The position numbers were made by a program, and so were the translations under genes. Positions 26,741 through 36,253 of a DNA stretch of 64,000 nucleotides are shown here, piece by piece (position 1 is the first letter of the stretch; the number at the start of each line of letters is the position of its first letter). The notes beneath the pieces are model-generated. The model saw only the letters and a program-made list of their open reading frames with translations. It did no database searches and was not told where the DNA came from. The stretch spans positions 11,654 through 75,653 of the forward strand of contig CALRIA010000001.1 of the NCBI GenBank assembly GCA_943359595.1, in the 5' to 3' direction. Source of the stretch: Candidatus Magasanikiibacteriota bacterium. Its GTDB lineage: Bacteria; Patescibacteriota; Patescibacteriia; Magasanikbacterales; GWA2-37-8.

Positions 26741-27706
26741 ATGAAAACTGCTCTAGTTTGTGGTGCCGGTGGATTTATTGGTAGCCACTTGGTAAAAAAA
26801 TTAAAAGGAGAAGGTTTTTGGGTTAGAGGAGTTGATTTAAAATTGCCGGAATATAGTGTGACTGTGGCTGATGAATTTGTTGTTGGTGATCTAAGAGATC
26901 AACTTTTTTGTCAAAAAATGTTAGATAGATCTTTTGATGAAGTCTATCAACTGGCAGCAGATATGGGTGGAGCTGGTTATATTTTTACAGGTAATCATGA
27001 TGCAGATGTGATGCATAATTCAGCGACCATAAATCTGAATATGGCATATTATAGTCAGAAAGTTGGTGTAAAAAAGATTTTTTATTCTTCTTCGGCTTGT
27101 ATTTATCCAGCTTATAATCAATTGGATCCAGATAATCCAAAATGTTCAGAGGATTCTGCTTATCCAGCTGAACCAGACAGTGAATACGGCTGGGAAAAAT
27201 TATTCAGTGAACGATTGTATTTGTCCTTTTATCGTAATTACAATCTAAATGTTCGCATCGCACGATTTCATAATATTTTTGGACCAGAAGGAACGTGGCA
27301 AGGTGGTAAAGAGAAGGCACCAGCGGCTATTTGTCGTAAAATCGCTGAAACTCCAGATGGGGGAGAAATTGAAGTGTGGGGAGATGGAAAACAGACCCGT
27401 TCTTTTCTATTTATAGACGAGTGTTTAGAAGGAGTAAGGCGATTGATGGATTCTGATTTTATCGGTCCAGTTAATGTTGGTTCGGAAGAAATGGTTTCAA
27501 TAAACCAACTAGCTGAAATGGTTATGAATATTGCTGGGAAAAAATTGTCGATTAAGCATGTAGAAGGTCCAAATGGTGTAAGGGGAAGAAATTCAGACAA
27601 CCATCTTATTGCCAAAAAATTGGGTTGGCAGCCAACTAGACCGCTAAGAATCGGTTTGGAGTTAATGTATAAGTGGATATTAGAGCAAGTTAGTGATAAA
27701 AAATAG
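26741..27706 (+). CDS. GDP-mannose 3,5-epimerase-like NAD-dependent epimerase
   Basis: GAGGFIGSH, LAADMGGAGYI, YSSSACIYP, YGWEKL, GGKEKAPAAICRK, GVRGRNSDN. Confidence 0.85.
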   Translation: MKTALVCGAGGFIGSHLVKKLKGEGFWVRGVDLKLPEYSVTVADEFVVGDLRDQLFCQKMLDRSFDEVYQLAADMGGAGYIFTGNHDADVMHNSATINLNMAYYSQKVGVKKIFYSSSACIYPAYNQLDPDNPKCSEDSAYPAEPDSEYGWEKLFSERLYLSFYRNYNLNVRIARFHNIFGPEGTWQGGKEKAPAAICRKIAETPDGGEIEVWGDGKQTRSFLFIDECLEGVRRLMDSDFIGPVNVGSEEMVSINQLAEMVMNIAGKKLSIKHVEGPNGVRGRNSDNHLIAKKLGWQPTRPLRIGLELMYKWILEQVSDKK

Positions 27707-27724
27707 ATTTTAAATAATTATTTT

Positions 27725-27764
27725 TTGACACCTGTTGACACCTAATGATACTTGATGATATACT
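27725..27764 (+). promoter_or_regulatory. Internal promoter overlapped by four 10-bp direct repeats
   Basis: ttgacacctg/ttgacaccta/atgatacttg/atgatatact; TTGACA-N18-TATACT. Confidence 0.6.
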
Positions 27765-27790
27765 ATCTACATAATAGTTATTATTGTAAT

Positions 27791-28036
27791 ATGCTTGAGA
27801 TAAACCCAAACGAAGTTTATACACCAGTTGAAACTGAAAAATTATTAAAAATAAGCAAGAGCACAGTAAAACGCCTAATCAAGACGGGGTTGTTAAAGGC
27901 AAATAAAATTGGGAAACAATATCGCATTATGGGGCACAGTTTGCTTAAGATGCTTTCAGAAGATTTAGATAAAAGTGCAACCGATGTCTACCAAAAGATT
28001 AAGATAGATGCTATTCAAAAAACAAAGAATTGGTAA
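27791..28036 (+). CDS. Excisionase/BldC-like HTH_17 DNA-binding protein
   Basis: YTPVETEKLLKISKSTVKRLIKTGLLKANKIGKQYRI. Confidence 0.85.
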   Translation: MLEINPNEVYTPVETEKLLKISKSTVKRLIKTGLLKANKIGKQYRIMGHSLLKMLSEDLDKSATDVYQKIKIDAIQKTKNW

Positions 28037-28040
28037 ATTT

Positions 28041-29576
28041 ATGAGTGATTTGGCTAACAGAACAATTAAAAATTCAATTTATAGTTTTGGAGGATTTTTG
28101 TGGGTGTTATTGTTGTCTTTTTTTTCTTTACCAATTTTGATTCGACATTTAGGTGCGGAACAATATGGAATATATATAACAATAAATGTTGTTTTGGGAT
28201 TATTTGCTTTAATGGAGTTGGGCTTTTCTTATTTACTCAACAAAAAACTTTCTGAAGATTTTTATAATAAAGACGTTGGTGAATTATCCGATTTATTTAG
28301 TGTTACATTTTGGTTTTATTTATTAGTTGGCTTACTTGCTGGTTTGACTGTCGCATTGCTAGGTTCTTTTGTTCCTTCTTTTTTTCATTTATCAGGCGTT
28401 ACAGCTCAGTCTAGCTGGCAATTGTCTACTTTGGCTGGCGCTATTCTTTTTTTACAAATTGCAGTCATGCCACTATCACAAATTCCAGCAGCTTCTCAAC
28501 GTTTTGATATTTTGACTAAAATTAATTTAATCAATCTTACAATCCTTCAATTATCAATGGTCCTCATGGTTTTGTTTGGCTTTGGTATTAGATCGTTGTT
28601 ATTTGTCCAGATGATTTCAGCCATTCTTTTGTTTTTGACCTACATTATAGTTTGGAAAAAATTTGCACCTAGGCTTCTATTATTATGGAATAGCAACTTT
28701 AAATTAGTTTTCATTGAAGCATTTAAAAATGGGCTACCTTTCTTTCTATGCAATGCTATGTTTAATATTCTGAGTCAATTTGACAAATATGTGTTAGGAA
28801 TTTTTTGGGGTCCATCAGCCGTTTCTTTTTATTCTTCCGCTCAGATGTTGCCTAATAAAATTCAAAATGTTTCTTTAAGTCTTTCTCCAGTGTTCTTTCC
28901 AGTTTTTTCCAACGCAGATTATTTACGACAAAAAGAAAAATTAGCAGATATTTTTCGAAGAGGAATTAAGTTTATAATTTATATAACTTCCGGATTGGTC
29001 ACTGTTGTTTTACTTTATGGTTGGGAGCTTCTTCGATATTGGTTGGGACCAGAGTTTGCACTAAACGCCTCATTTTCAATTAGAATTTTAGCCGTATGTT
29101 ATTTTTTTCTTGCCATTTATAGTTTTGTATACTATTTTTTAGGTGGCATAAGACGACCAAAGTTTGCTTTTTATAGTGTTACTCTTATGGCAGCAATTGA
29201 TATGACTATGATGTTTGTATTAATTCCGCGCTATGGGCTAAATGGTGCCTCTGTAGCTTATCTTATTAGTGTCATACCAATAATTGGATATATTTTTTAT
29301 ATTGAAAATAATATTTTTGGTGAGAAATTTATCAGTATATTCAAAAACTATTCAAAAATAGCAACTAAAATTGTTTTTGTAAATTTTTTAGTTGGGGTGG
29401 TTGGTTACTTTTGGTTTACAAAATTTATCAGTGGACTATGGAGTACATTGTTGATTGGCGGTATAACATATTTTATTTTTTTGATGGGCTATTGGATGTT
29501 AGGTTGTGTAGAGAAAAGTGATAGGGAATTGATTAAAAATTATTTTATTTTACAATTTAAAAAAATCATTATTTAG
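28041..29576 (+). CDS. wzx: Wzx-type polysaccharide flippase
   Basis: ~14 TM; LGAEQYG, DKYVLG..G..AVSFYS, LIPRYGLNGA motifs. Confidence 0.88.
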   Translation: MSDLANRTIKNSIYSFGGFLWVLLLSFFSLPILIRHLGAEQYGIYITINVVLGLFALMELGFSYLLNKKLSEDFYNKDVGELSDLFSVTFWFYLLVGLLAGLTVALLGSFVPSFFHLSGVTAQSSWQLSTLAGAILFLQIAVMPLSQIPAASQRFDILTKINLINLTILQLSMVLMVLFGFGIRSLLFVQMISAILLFLTYIIVWKKFAPRLLLLWNSNFKLVFIEAFKNGLPFFLCNAMFNILSQFDKYVLGIFWGPSAVSFYSSAQMLPNKIQNVSLSLSPVFFPVFSNADYLRQKEKLADIFRRGIKFIIYITSGLVTVVLLYGWELLRYWLGPEFALNASFSIRILAVCYFFLAIYSFVYYFLGGIRRPKFAFYSVTLMAAIDMTMMFVLIPRYGLNGASVAYLISVIPIIGYIFYIENNIFGEKFISIFKNYSKIATKIVFVNFLVGVVGYFWFTKFISGLWSTLLIGGITYFIFLMGYWMLGCVEKSDRELIKNYFILQFKKIII

Positions 29577-29577
29577 T

Positions 29578-30027
29578 ATGATAGAAGGTGTAATAATAAA
29601 ACAACTTGATAGAGTAATTGATGAGAGAGGTAGTGTCTTGCATATGCTTAAAATTACTGATTCAGAGTTCTTAAAATTTGGAGAAATTTATTTTTCAACT
29701 GCCTATCCTGGTGTAATTAAAGGCTGGCATTTGCACAAACAAATGACTTTAAATTATGCGGTTATTAAAGGATGTATTAAGTTAGTTCTCTATGATAATC
29801 GCGATGATTCACCAACAAAAGGTATTCTGCAACAGGTTTTTATGGGAGAAAAAAATTATTGTTTAGTTGTTATTCCACCTGGAGTATATAACGGTTATAA
29901 ATGTATTGGTACTGAAGAGGCGATTGTTGCCAACTGCGCGACTCATCCTCATACGTCAGATGAAATAGTTCGCCTTGAACCATTTTCAGATAAAATTCCT
30001 TATAATTGGGATATAAAATATGAATAA
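29578..30027 (+). CDS. RmlC-like NDP-sugar 3,5-epimerase (cupin)
   Basis: DERG, IKGWHLH, YDNRDDSPT, IPPGVYNGY. Confidence 0.85.
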   Translation: MIEGVIIKQLDRVIDERGSVLHMLKITDSEFLKFGEIYFSTAYPGVIKGWHLHKQMTLNYAVIKGCIKLVLYDNRDDSPTKGILQQVFMGEKNYCLVVIPPGVYNGYKCIGTEEAIVANCATHPHTSDEIVRLEPFSDKIPYNWDIKYE

Positions 30028-30892
30028 AATTTTAATAACTGGTTCTGGTGGTTTTGTAGGTTCTTATCTCTACCACCTTTTGGCTGATTCTGGTTTCACA
30101 GTTTTTGGAGTAGATAGATCAAAAAAAAATACTGTTGATGAAGTGTTCGATTTGGCTAGCCCTAATAAGCTGGTTTCTGTGTTGAATGAGCTGCAGCCGG
30201 ACACTATTATACATTTGGCGGCATTCTCCGATGTCGAGTTGTGTGAGGTAAATAGCCAGTTAGCTTTTGATTGTAATATATTACCAGTTGCCTTAATTTC
30301 TGATTGGGCTGGTCGCACAGGGGCTAGAGTAATTTTTATTTCTTCGGATTATGTGTTTGATGGAACTAAAGGTGAATATTCTGAAGAAGATATAGAACGT
30401 CCGATTCAGAACTATGGCATGACAAAATTATTTGGTGAAAAATTAGTTTCTGCTTTGCCTAATGGTGTAATTCTGAGACCAACCGTTATTTATGGTTGGG
30501 ATCCTGACGGACTAAACTTCTTTATGCAATTGTTCAATGATCAAATGGGCAAGAAAGATAAAAAAATTCCGACAGATCAAATCAATAACCCAACTTACGT
30601 GAAAGATTTGTGCGAATTAATAAAAAAGATTATTCAGCGCCCAGATATTTCTGGTTTATTTTTAACGACAGGCAGCGAAAGTATGAGTAGATACGAATTT
30701 GCTGAGCGTATATGCGAACAAATGGGTTGGGATAAAAAAATATTAAAGCCGACTAAGACGGAATATTTAGGACAAATTGCCAAGCGTCCGTTGAATAATT
30801 CAACTGATTCTAAAAAAATTTGTGATTTGTTAGGATATAAATTTGATAGTTTGGAGGAAAATCTTAAAAAGATAAAGATGTTGATAGTATAA
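30020..30892 (+). CDS. RmlD-like NDP-4-keto-sugar reductase
   Basis: ITGSGGFVG, ISSDYVFDG, YGMTKL.GE, DQINNPTYV, AKRP.NS. Confidence 0.87.
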   Translation: MNKILITGSGGFVGSYLYHLLADSGFTVFGVDRSKKNTVDEVFDLASPNKLVSVLNELQPDTIIHLAAFSDVELCEVNSQLAFDCNILPVALISDWAGRTGARVIFISSDYVFDGTKGEYSEEDIERPIQNYGMTKLFGEKLVSALPNGVILRPTVIYGWDPDGLNFFMQLFNDQMGKKDKKIPTDQINNPTYVKDLCELIKKIIQRPDISGLFLTTGSESMSRYEFAERICEQMGWDKKILKPTKTEYLGQIAKRPLNNSTDSKKICDLLGYKFDSLEENLKKIKMLIV

Positions 30893-30899
30893 ATATTTT

Positions 30900-31841
30900 A
30901 TGTCTGAAAATAGATTAACATTGACTGTGGCTATACCGTCATACAATAAATCTTTATACATCAAAAGGTGTATTGAGAGTATTTTGCGTGATAAAAAATC
31001 AATTGATGAAATAATTTTAGTTGATAATGCATCAACAGATAGCACATATAAAATTGCTAAGGAGTTTGAAAATGATTTAAAATGCTATAAGAATGACAGC
31101 AACCTCGGCATGTCTGGTAATTGGAATAGATGTATTGAATTATGTAAAACTGACTTGTTGATGATATTTCATGCCGATGACGAATTGTTACCTGGTTCTA
31201 TCGATAAATACCGATATTTTTTTGACAAATATCCAAAAGTTGGTTTAGTGCATGCTGATGCAATTTTTATTAAAAATGGTGATTTTGCCTCTGCTATTTA
31301 TCAGAAAACTGATAAAAAAGAAATTAGAAATGCTGGTGAAGAAGCTATTGATATGCCTGGTAATTATTGTTCCACAGTGATAGTTAAAAAAGAAGTTTAT
31401 GATAATCTGAGTGGATTTATGTTAGAATCCTGTGCGTCTGATATAGAGATGTGGAGAAGAATCGGCTCTAAATACGATATTGGTCATATTGGTGAAGCTA
31501 CGGTATACTATCATTCAAATAATGATTCATATGGTTCTGTTTCGCTAGCAACAAGAACAGTGGAAGAGATTCTGAAAGATTGGGATTTGATCAACAAAAA
31601 GGTTATGAGTTATTATCCCGAAAATGTACGCACTAATAAGAAAGAACAGTTGGCCAAAGTGGCCAAGGCTCAGCTCACTAGTGGTTTGGCTGCAGTTTTA
31701 ATGGCAAATATTAAAGCTGGAAAATATAAAAAGTCACTCAAAATAATATTAATGATAATTTTTAAGTACGGTGGTTTTTTTCAATTAGTAAAATTATTTG
31801 GCGACTATTTTGTTTATCGATTTAAAAAATTATTAAAATAA
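30900..31841 (+). CDS. Glycosyltransferase family 2
   Basis: IPSYN, VDNASTD, NLGMSGNWN, HADD. Confidence 0.9.
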   Translation: MSENRLTLTVAIPSYNKSLYIKRCIESILRDKKSIDEIILVDNASTDSTYKIAKEFENDLKCYKNDSNLGMSGNWNRCIELCKTDLLMIFHADDELLPGSIDKYRYFFDKYPKVGLVHADAIFIKNGDFASAIYQKTDKKEIRNAGEEAIDMPGNYCSTVIVKKEVYDNLSGFMLESCASDIEMWRRIGSKYDIGHIGEATVYYHSNNDSYGSVSLATRTVEEILKDWDLINKKVMSYYPENVRTNKKEQLAKVAKAQLTSGLAAVLMANIKAGKYKKSLKIILMIIFKYGGFFQLVKLFGDYFVYRFKKLLK

Positions 31842-31869
31842 ATATCTAATAATTTCTAAAAATATATTT

Positions 31870-32664
31870 ATGAAAACTATAATTTTATGTGGCGGGACAG
31901 GTACTCGTATGAAAGAGGAAACAGAATTTAGACCAAAACCATTGGTACAGGTTGGAGATATGCCGATTATTTGGCATATCATGAAAATTTATGCTCACTA
32001 TGGGTATAATGATTTCATATTGGCGCTAGGGTATAAGGGAAGTATGATTAAAGATCATTTTTTAAATTGGAGAAATTTTTTAAGTGATTTTACAGTTAAT
32101 ACAAAAACTAATGAAATTACTTACCATAATAATGGTTGTGATGAATTTAAAATTACTTTTGTGGAAACTGGTGCAGATAGTTTGACTGGTGAACGCATTA
32201 GACGTTGTAAAAAATATTTGGATGATGATCAAGAAAATTTTATGGTTACTTATGGCGATGGTGTTGGAGATGTAGATATTAAAAGTTTGGTTGATTTTCA
32301 CAATAATCAAAATACAGTCGGCACTATTACTGGTGTACGTCCAAGCAACCGTTTTGGATTTTTGAATATCGATGAAACGACTAAAAAAGCTAAGGATTTC
32401 TATCAACACAAAATAACCATAAATGAAGCGGCAGAACAAGCCAAAGACCACGTTAATGGTGGATTTATGGTTTTTAAAAAAGAAGCCATTGATTTGATTC
32501 CTGAAAATAGTATGATTGAAAGTATATTCGCTCCATTGGCAGAAAAAGGGGAGATCTCTGTTTATGCCCATCCAGGTAAATGGAAGTGTATGGATACACA
32601 TAAAGAAGTTGAGGAATTAAACGAGTTGTGGATAAAGGATCCATTTTGGAAAACTTGGAATTAA
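31870..32664 (+). CDS. rfbF: Glucose-1-phosphate cytidylyltransferase
   Basis: ILCGGTGTRMKEETEFRPKPLV, IIWHIMKIY, TYGDGV, W.CMDT. Confidence 0.88.
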   Translation: MKTIILCGGTGTRMKEETEFRPKPLVQVGDMPIIWHIMKIYAHYGYNDFILALGYKGSMIKDHFLNWRNFLSDFTVNTKTNEITYHNNGCDEFKITFVETGADSLTGERIRRCKKYLDDDQENFMVTYGDGVGDVDIKSLVDFHNNQNTVGTITGVRPSNRFGFLNIDETTKKAKDFYQHKITINEAAEQAKDHVNGGFMVFKKEAIDLIPENSMIESIFAPLAEKGEISVYAHPGKWKCMDTHKEVEELNELWIKDPFWKTWN

Positions 32665-32678
32665 ATTTATTTTACCAT

Positions 32679-33641
32679 ATGTCAAATTTATCTAATAAAA
32701 ATATTTTTGTTACTGGCGCCACCGGATTGGTCGGTTCGCACTTGGTGGAAAAATTACTGGAGTTAAAACCTAACAAAATCATTTGTTTATGCCGAAGCAA
32801 AGATCCTTCTTCTTTATTTTATCTAAATCAAACAGATTCACAAGTTGTTTCTGTGTATGGTGATTTAAAAGATAAAGAAAGAATTTTTGATTTAGTTTCA
32901 AAATATGAAATAAATTATATTTTTCATGTTGCCGCTCAGCCAATTGTTCCGACTGCGCTAATTAATCCTTATGAAACTTTAAATACTAATATCATGGGGA
33001 CAGTGAATGTTTTAGAGGCAGCAAGATTGTCACCTTGTATACAAGGTGTTGTGGTGGCATCTAGCGATAAAGCATATGGAAAAGATTGTTTAATGGCAAA
33101 GGAAAGTCATTCCTTGGCAGGGGACCATCCTTATGATGTCTCAAAATCTTGTACTGACCTAATATCACAAACTTATGCTAAAACTTATAATCTGCCAGTA
33201 GCTATAAGTAGGTTCGGTAATATTTACGGAGCAGGAGATTTAAATTTTAATCGAATTATTCCAGGAATAATGAAAGCGGTTGCTGAAAATTCAGTTTTAA
33301 AAATAAGAAGTAATGGACAATTTAAACGTGATTATGTTTACGTTAAAGATGTAGTAGATGGTTATATCTGTCTAGCTGAAAATATAGACAAGATTAAAGG
33401 AGAGGCTTTTAATTTTAGTTCTGGCCAGAATTATTCTGTTATTAATTTAATAGAAAAAATTTCTGAAATTACTAATGTCAAAGTAAAATACGAAATTGTT
33501 AATAATCAGGTAAATGAAATACCTGAACAGAGTTTGAATTTTGAAAAAGCAGAGAATATGCTGGGGTGGAAATCAAAGTTTAATTTTGATCAAGGGATGT
33601 TAGAAACTTTTGAGTGGTATAAAAATCACTTATCTAAATAA
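32679..33641 (+). CDS. rfbG: CDP-glucose 4,6-dehydratase-like SDR
   Basis: TGATGLVG, AAQPIV, SSDKAYG, HPYDVSK, RFGNIYGAGD; follows rfbF. Confidence 0.72.
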   Translation: MSNLSNKNIFVTGATGLVGSHLVEKLLELKPNKIICLCRSKDPSSLFYLNQTDSQVVSVYGDLKDKERIFDLVSKYEINYIFHVAAQPIVPTALINPYETLNTNIMGTVNVLEAARLSPCIQGVVVASSDKAYGKDCLMAKESHSLAGDHPYDVSKSCTDLISQTYAKTYNLPVAISRFGNIYGAGDLNFNRIIPGIMKAVAENSVLKIRSNGQFKRDYVYVKDVVDGYICLAENIDKIKGEAFNFSSGQNYSVINLIEKISEITNVKVKYEIVNNQVNEIPEQSLNFEKAENMLGWKSKFNFDQGMLETFEWYKNHLSK

Positions 33642-33645
33642 TAAT

Positions 33646-34455
33646 ATGGATTCAGCTGGGTTGGCTCTTGAGGCCAAGAAAATTCGTAAAAATATCTTAA
33701 AGATGATTGCAAAAACAAAAAGTTCACACGTTGGATCTTGCTTTAGTATCGTCGATATTTTAACAGTTTTATATAAAAATATTTTATCAATTTCAGATCC
33801 AAATGATCCAAACCGTGATATTTTTATATTGAGCAAAGGCCATGCTGTAGTCGCTCTATATTCTATTTTATTATCTTGTAATATTGTAGGACAAGAAATA
33901 GTGGAAACTTATGCTCAAGACGGGTCAAAACTAGCAGGGCACGCAATTCTTGGTTCCGTACCTGGGATAGAAGCAACCGCAGGTTCTCTTGGGCATGGTT
34001 TGTCATTGGTTGCCGGCTTGGCTTTGGCTAATAAGGGAAATGCAAGGAGTTTTTATTGTTTGCTCGGTGACGGTGAGTGTAATGAAGGGGCTGTTTGGGA
34101 AGCGGCTTCATTTTGTGGGCATTTTAAATTAAATAAAGTTATTGCGATAATTGATTGTAATAAACAACAAGGTCTAGGATACACAGACGATGTTATGAAC
34201 ATGAATAATATGGCAGAGCGTTGGAATGCTTTTGGTTGGGAAGCGATTGAAGTTGACGGTCATAATTATGATGATCTACAGAAAACTTTATTGTATAGTC
34301 ATAGTAATCGTGATTCTCTGAAGCCGTTGGCGATTATCGCACACACCATTAAAGGAAAAGGGGTTTCTTGGATGGAGGATAAACTTGAGTGGCATTATAA
34401 ATCACCAAATGAAGCCCAGCTGGATTTAGCTATTAATGAAATCGATGCTGTATGA
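33646..34455 (+). CDS. Transketolase-like protein, N-terminal (ThDP-binding) subunit
   Basis: SHVGS, LSKGH, GSLGHG, GDGECNEG, HTIKGKG. Confidence 0.93.
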   Translation: MDSAGLALEAKKIRKNILKMIAKTKSSHVGSCFSIVDILTVLYKNILSISDPNDPNRDIFILSKGHAVVALYSILLSCNIVGQEIVETYAQDGSKLAGHAILGSVPGIEATAGSLGHGLSLVAGLALANKGNARSFYCLLGDGECNEGAVWEAASFCGHFKLNKVIAIIDCNKQQGLGYTDDVMNMNNMAERWNAFGWEAIEVDGHNYDDLQKTLLYSHSNRDSLKPLAIIAHTIKGKGVSWMEDKLEWHYKSPNEAQLDLAINEIDAV

Positions 34456-35369
34456 GGAATGCTATTATTAATGCAATCCATGCCGCCGCTCAAAAAAACA
34501 AAGATATAGTTTTTATAACTGGCGATTTAGGGTATTCTGTTATTGAACAGTTCCAAACAGAGTTACCAAACCAGTTTATTAATGCAGGCATTGCAGAACA
34601 AAATATGATTGGCGTTGCCGCAGGATTGGCTTTGGCAGGTAAGAAAGTTTTTGTATATAGTATTGTACCTTTTGTTACAATGCGTTGTTTTGAACAGATT
34701 AGAATTGATGTTTGTTATCAAAATTTAGATGTGACGTTGATTGGGGTTGGGGGTGGTTTTGCTTACGGTACTCTTGGTACGACCCACTTTGGTCTTGAAG
34801 ATTTGGCGTTGATGCGATCGTTGCCGAATATGAAAATAATAGCACCAGCTGATTCACTTGAGGCCACTAGTTTATTTGAAGAATTAATTAAAATTAATGG
34901 TCCGTGGTATATTAGATTAAATCGTGGTGGCGAAAAAGATATTACCAAACATGCTCTAGTACCGAAGGTTGGTATGGGTTCTGTTTTAAAAGTTGGCTCT
35001 AAGGTAACAATATTCTCAATTGGTGCTATTACAGAAGTTGCACTTGAAGCCGCCACTTTTCTTGAAAAAGATGGAATAGAGACAGAGGTCATTCATCTGC
35101 ACACCCTCAAGCCTCTTGATATTGAAATAATCAAAAATCGCATTGATAAACGAAAGGTCATAGTGACGATTGAGGAGCATACTGTTAATGGTGGGTTAGG
35201 TTCTGCAGTAGCGGAAGTAATCGCAGAAAATTCCATAGCAGTTTCGTTCTGCCGGTTAGGTGTAAATGATGAGTATTTATCTTTTGTTGGTAAGCAAGAT
35301 TTTTTACGAATGAAAGTTGGTTTGTCCGCAAATTTAGTGGCAGAAAAAATAAAAAAACTATGCAAATAA
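34452..35369 (+). CDS. Transketolase-like protein, C-terminal subunit
   Basis: GIAEQNM, EQIRID, GTTH, LKPLD, EEH..GGLGS. Confidence 0.93.
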   Translation: MRNAIINAIHAAAQKNKDIVFITGDLGYSVIEQFQTELPNQFINAGIAEQNMIGVAAGLALAGKKVFVYSIVPFVTMRCFEQIRIDVCYQNLDVTLIGVGGGFAYGTLGTTHFGLEDLALMRSLPNMKIIAPADSLEATSLFEELIKINGPWYIRLNRGGEKDITKHALVPKVGMGSVLKVGSKVTIFSIGAITEVALEAATFLEKDGIETEVIHLHTLKPLDIEIIKNRIDKRKVIVTIEEHTVNGGLGSAVAEVIAENSIAVSFCRLGVNDEYLSFVGKQDFLRMKVGLSANLVAEKIKKLCK

Positions 35370-36253
35370 ATAATAAAATAAAAGTGGCTATTATTGGCAC
35401 TGGCAATATAGGAAGTGACCTGTTGCTTAAGATTCAAAAATCCAACGTTATAACGTGTGGATTATTTGCTGGACGTAATGCTGATTCCGCTGGGATTAAA
35501 TTAGCCAAAGAAATTGGCGTGCCAACTTCTTTTGATTCTATCGGAGCTATAGAACAAGATCCAGATTGTTGCGAAATAGTTTTTGATGCTACCTCTGCTA
35601 AAAATCATATTGAACATGCTCCAATTTTAAAACAATTAGGAAAGTTTGTGATTGATTTGACTCCATCACGAATTGGTAAAATGTGTATTCCAGTTATCAA
35701 TGCAGAAGAAGCCCTTTGTTCTCAGAATATTAATTTGGTTACATGTGGTGGACAGGCATGTGTACCTCTAGCAAAGGTTATTATGGATACTCATCCGGAA
35801 ACTACGTATATTGAAATTGTTGGAAGTATTGCTTCAAAATCTGCCGGCGCTGGAACACGTGCTAATATTGAAGAGTATATGCAGACAACCAAGCAGGCTT
35901 TAGAAAAATTTTCCGGCGTTCCGGAAGCCAAAGTTATTTTAGTTTTCAATCCAGCTGAGCCGCCTGTTTTAATGCATAATACTATTTATGCTAGTATTGC
36001 TAACCCTAATATACAGTTGCTAAAAGAAAATATTGAGAAGATGGCGGAGCTTATAAGGAGCTATGTACCTGGTTATAGAATAACATATGGACCAATAGTT
36101 GATCGGGGAAGAGTGGTTATTACTGTACAAGTGATAGGAAGTGGAGATTTTTTGCCTTTCTATGCTGGCAATTTAGATATTATAACATGTGCGGCAGTAC
36201 AAATGGCCGAAGATTTTGCTAAGAAATCTTTAAAGAATAAATTATATGAATAA
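35360..36253 (+). CDS. mhpF: Acylating acetaldehyde dehydrogenase (DmpF/MhpF-like)
   Basis: IIGTGNIGSDL, FDATSA, NLVTCGGQA, SAGAGTRANI, YAGNLDI. Confidence 0.9.
   Translation: MQINNKIKVAIIGTGNIGSDLLLKIQKSNVITCGLFAGRNADSAGIKLAKEIGVPTSFDSIGAIEQDPDCCEIVFDATSAKNHIEHAPILKQLGKFVIDLTPSRIGKMCIPVINAEEALCSQNINLVTCGGQACVPLAKVIMDTHPETTYIEIVGSIASKSAGAGTRANIEEYMQTTKQALEKFSGVPEAKVILVFNPAEPPVLMHNTIYASIANPNIQLLKENIEKMAELIRSYVPGYRITYGPIVDRGRVVITVQVIGSGDFLPFYAGNLDIITCAAVQMAEDFAKKSLKNKLYE

Noticed and set aside
13799-28036. Excisionase-like genes as prophage/ICE markers
   Set aside because: No integrase, att repeats or phage genes adjacent.
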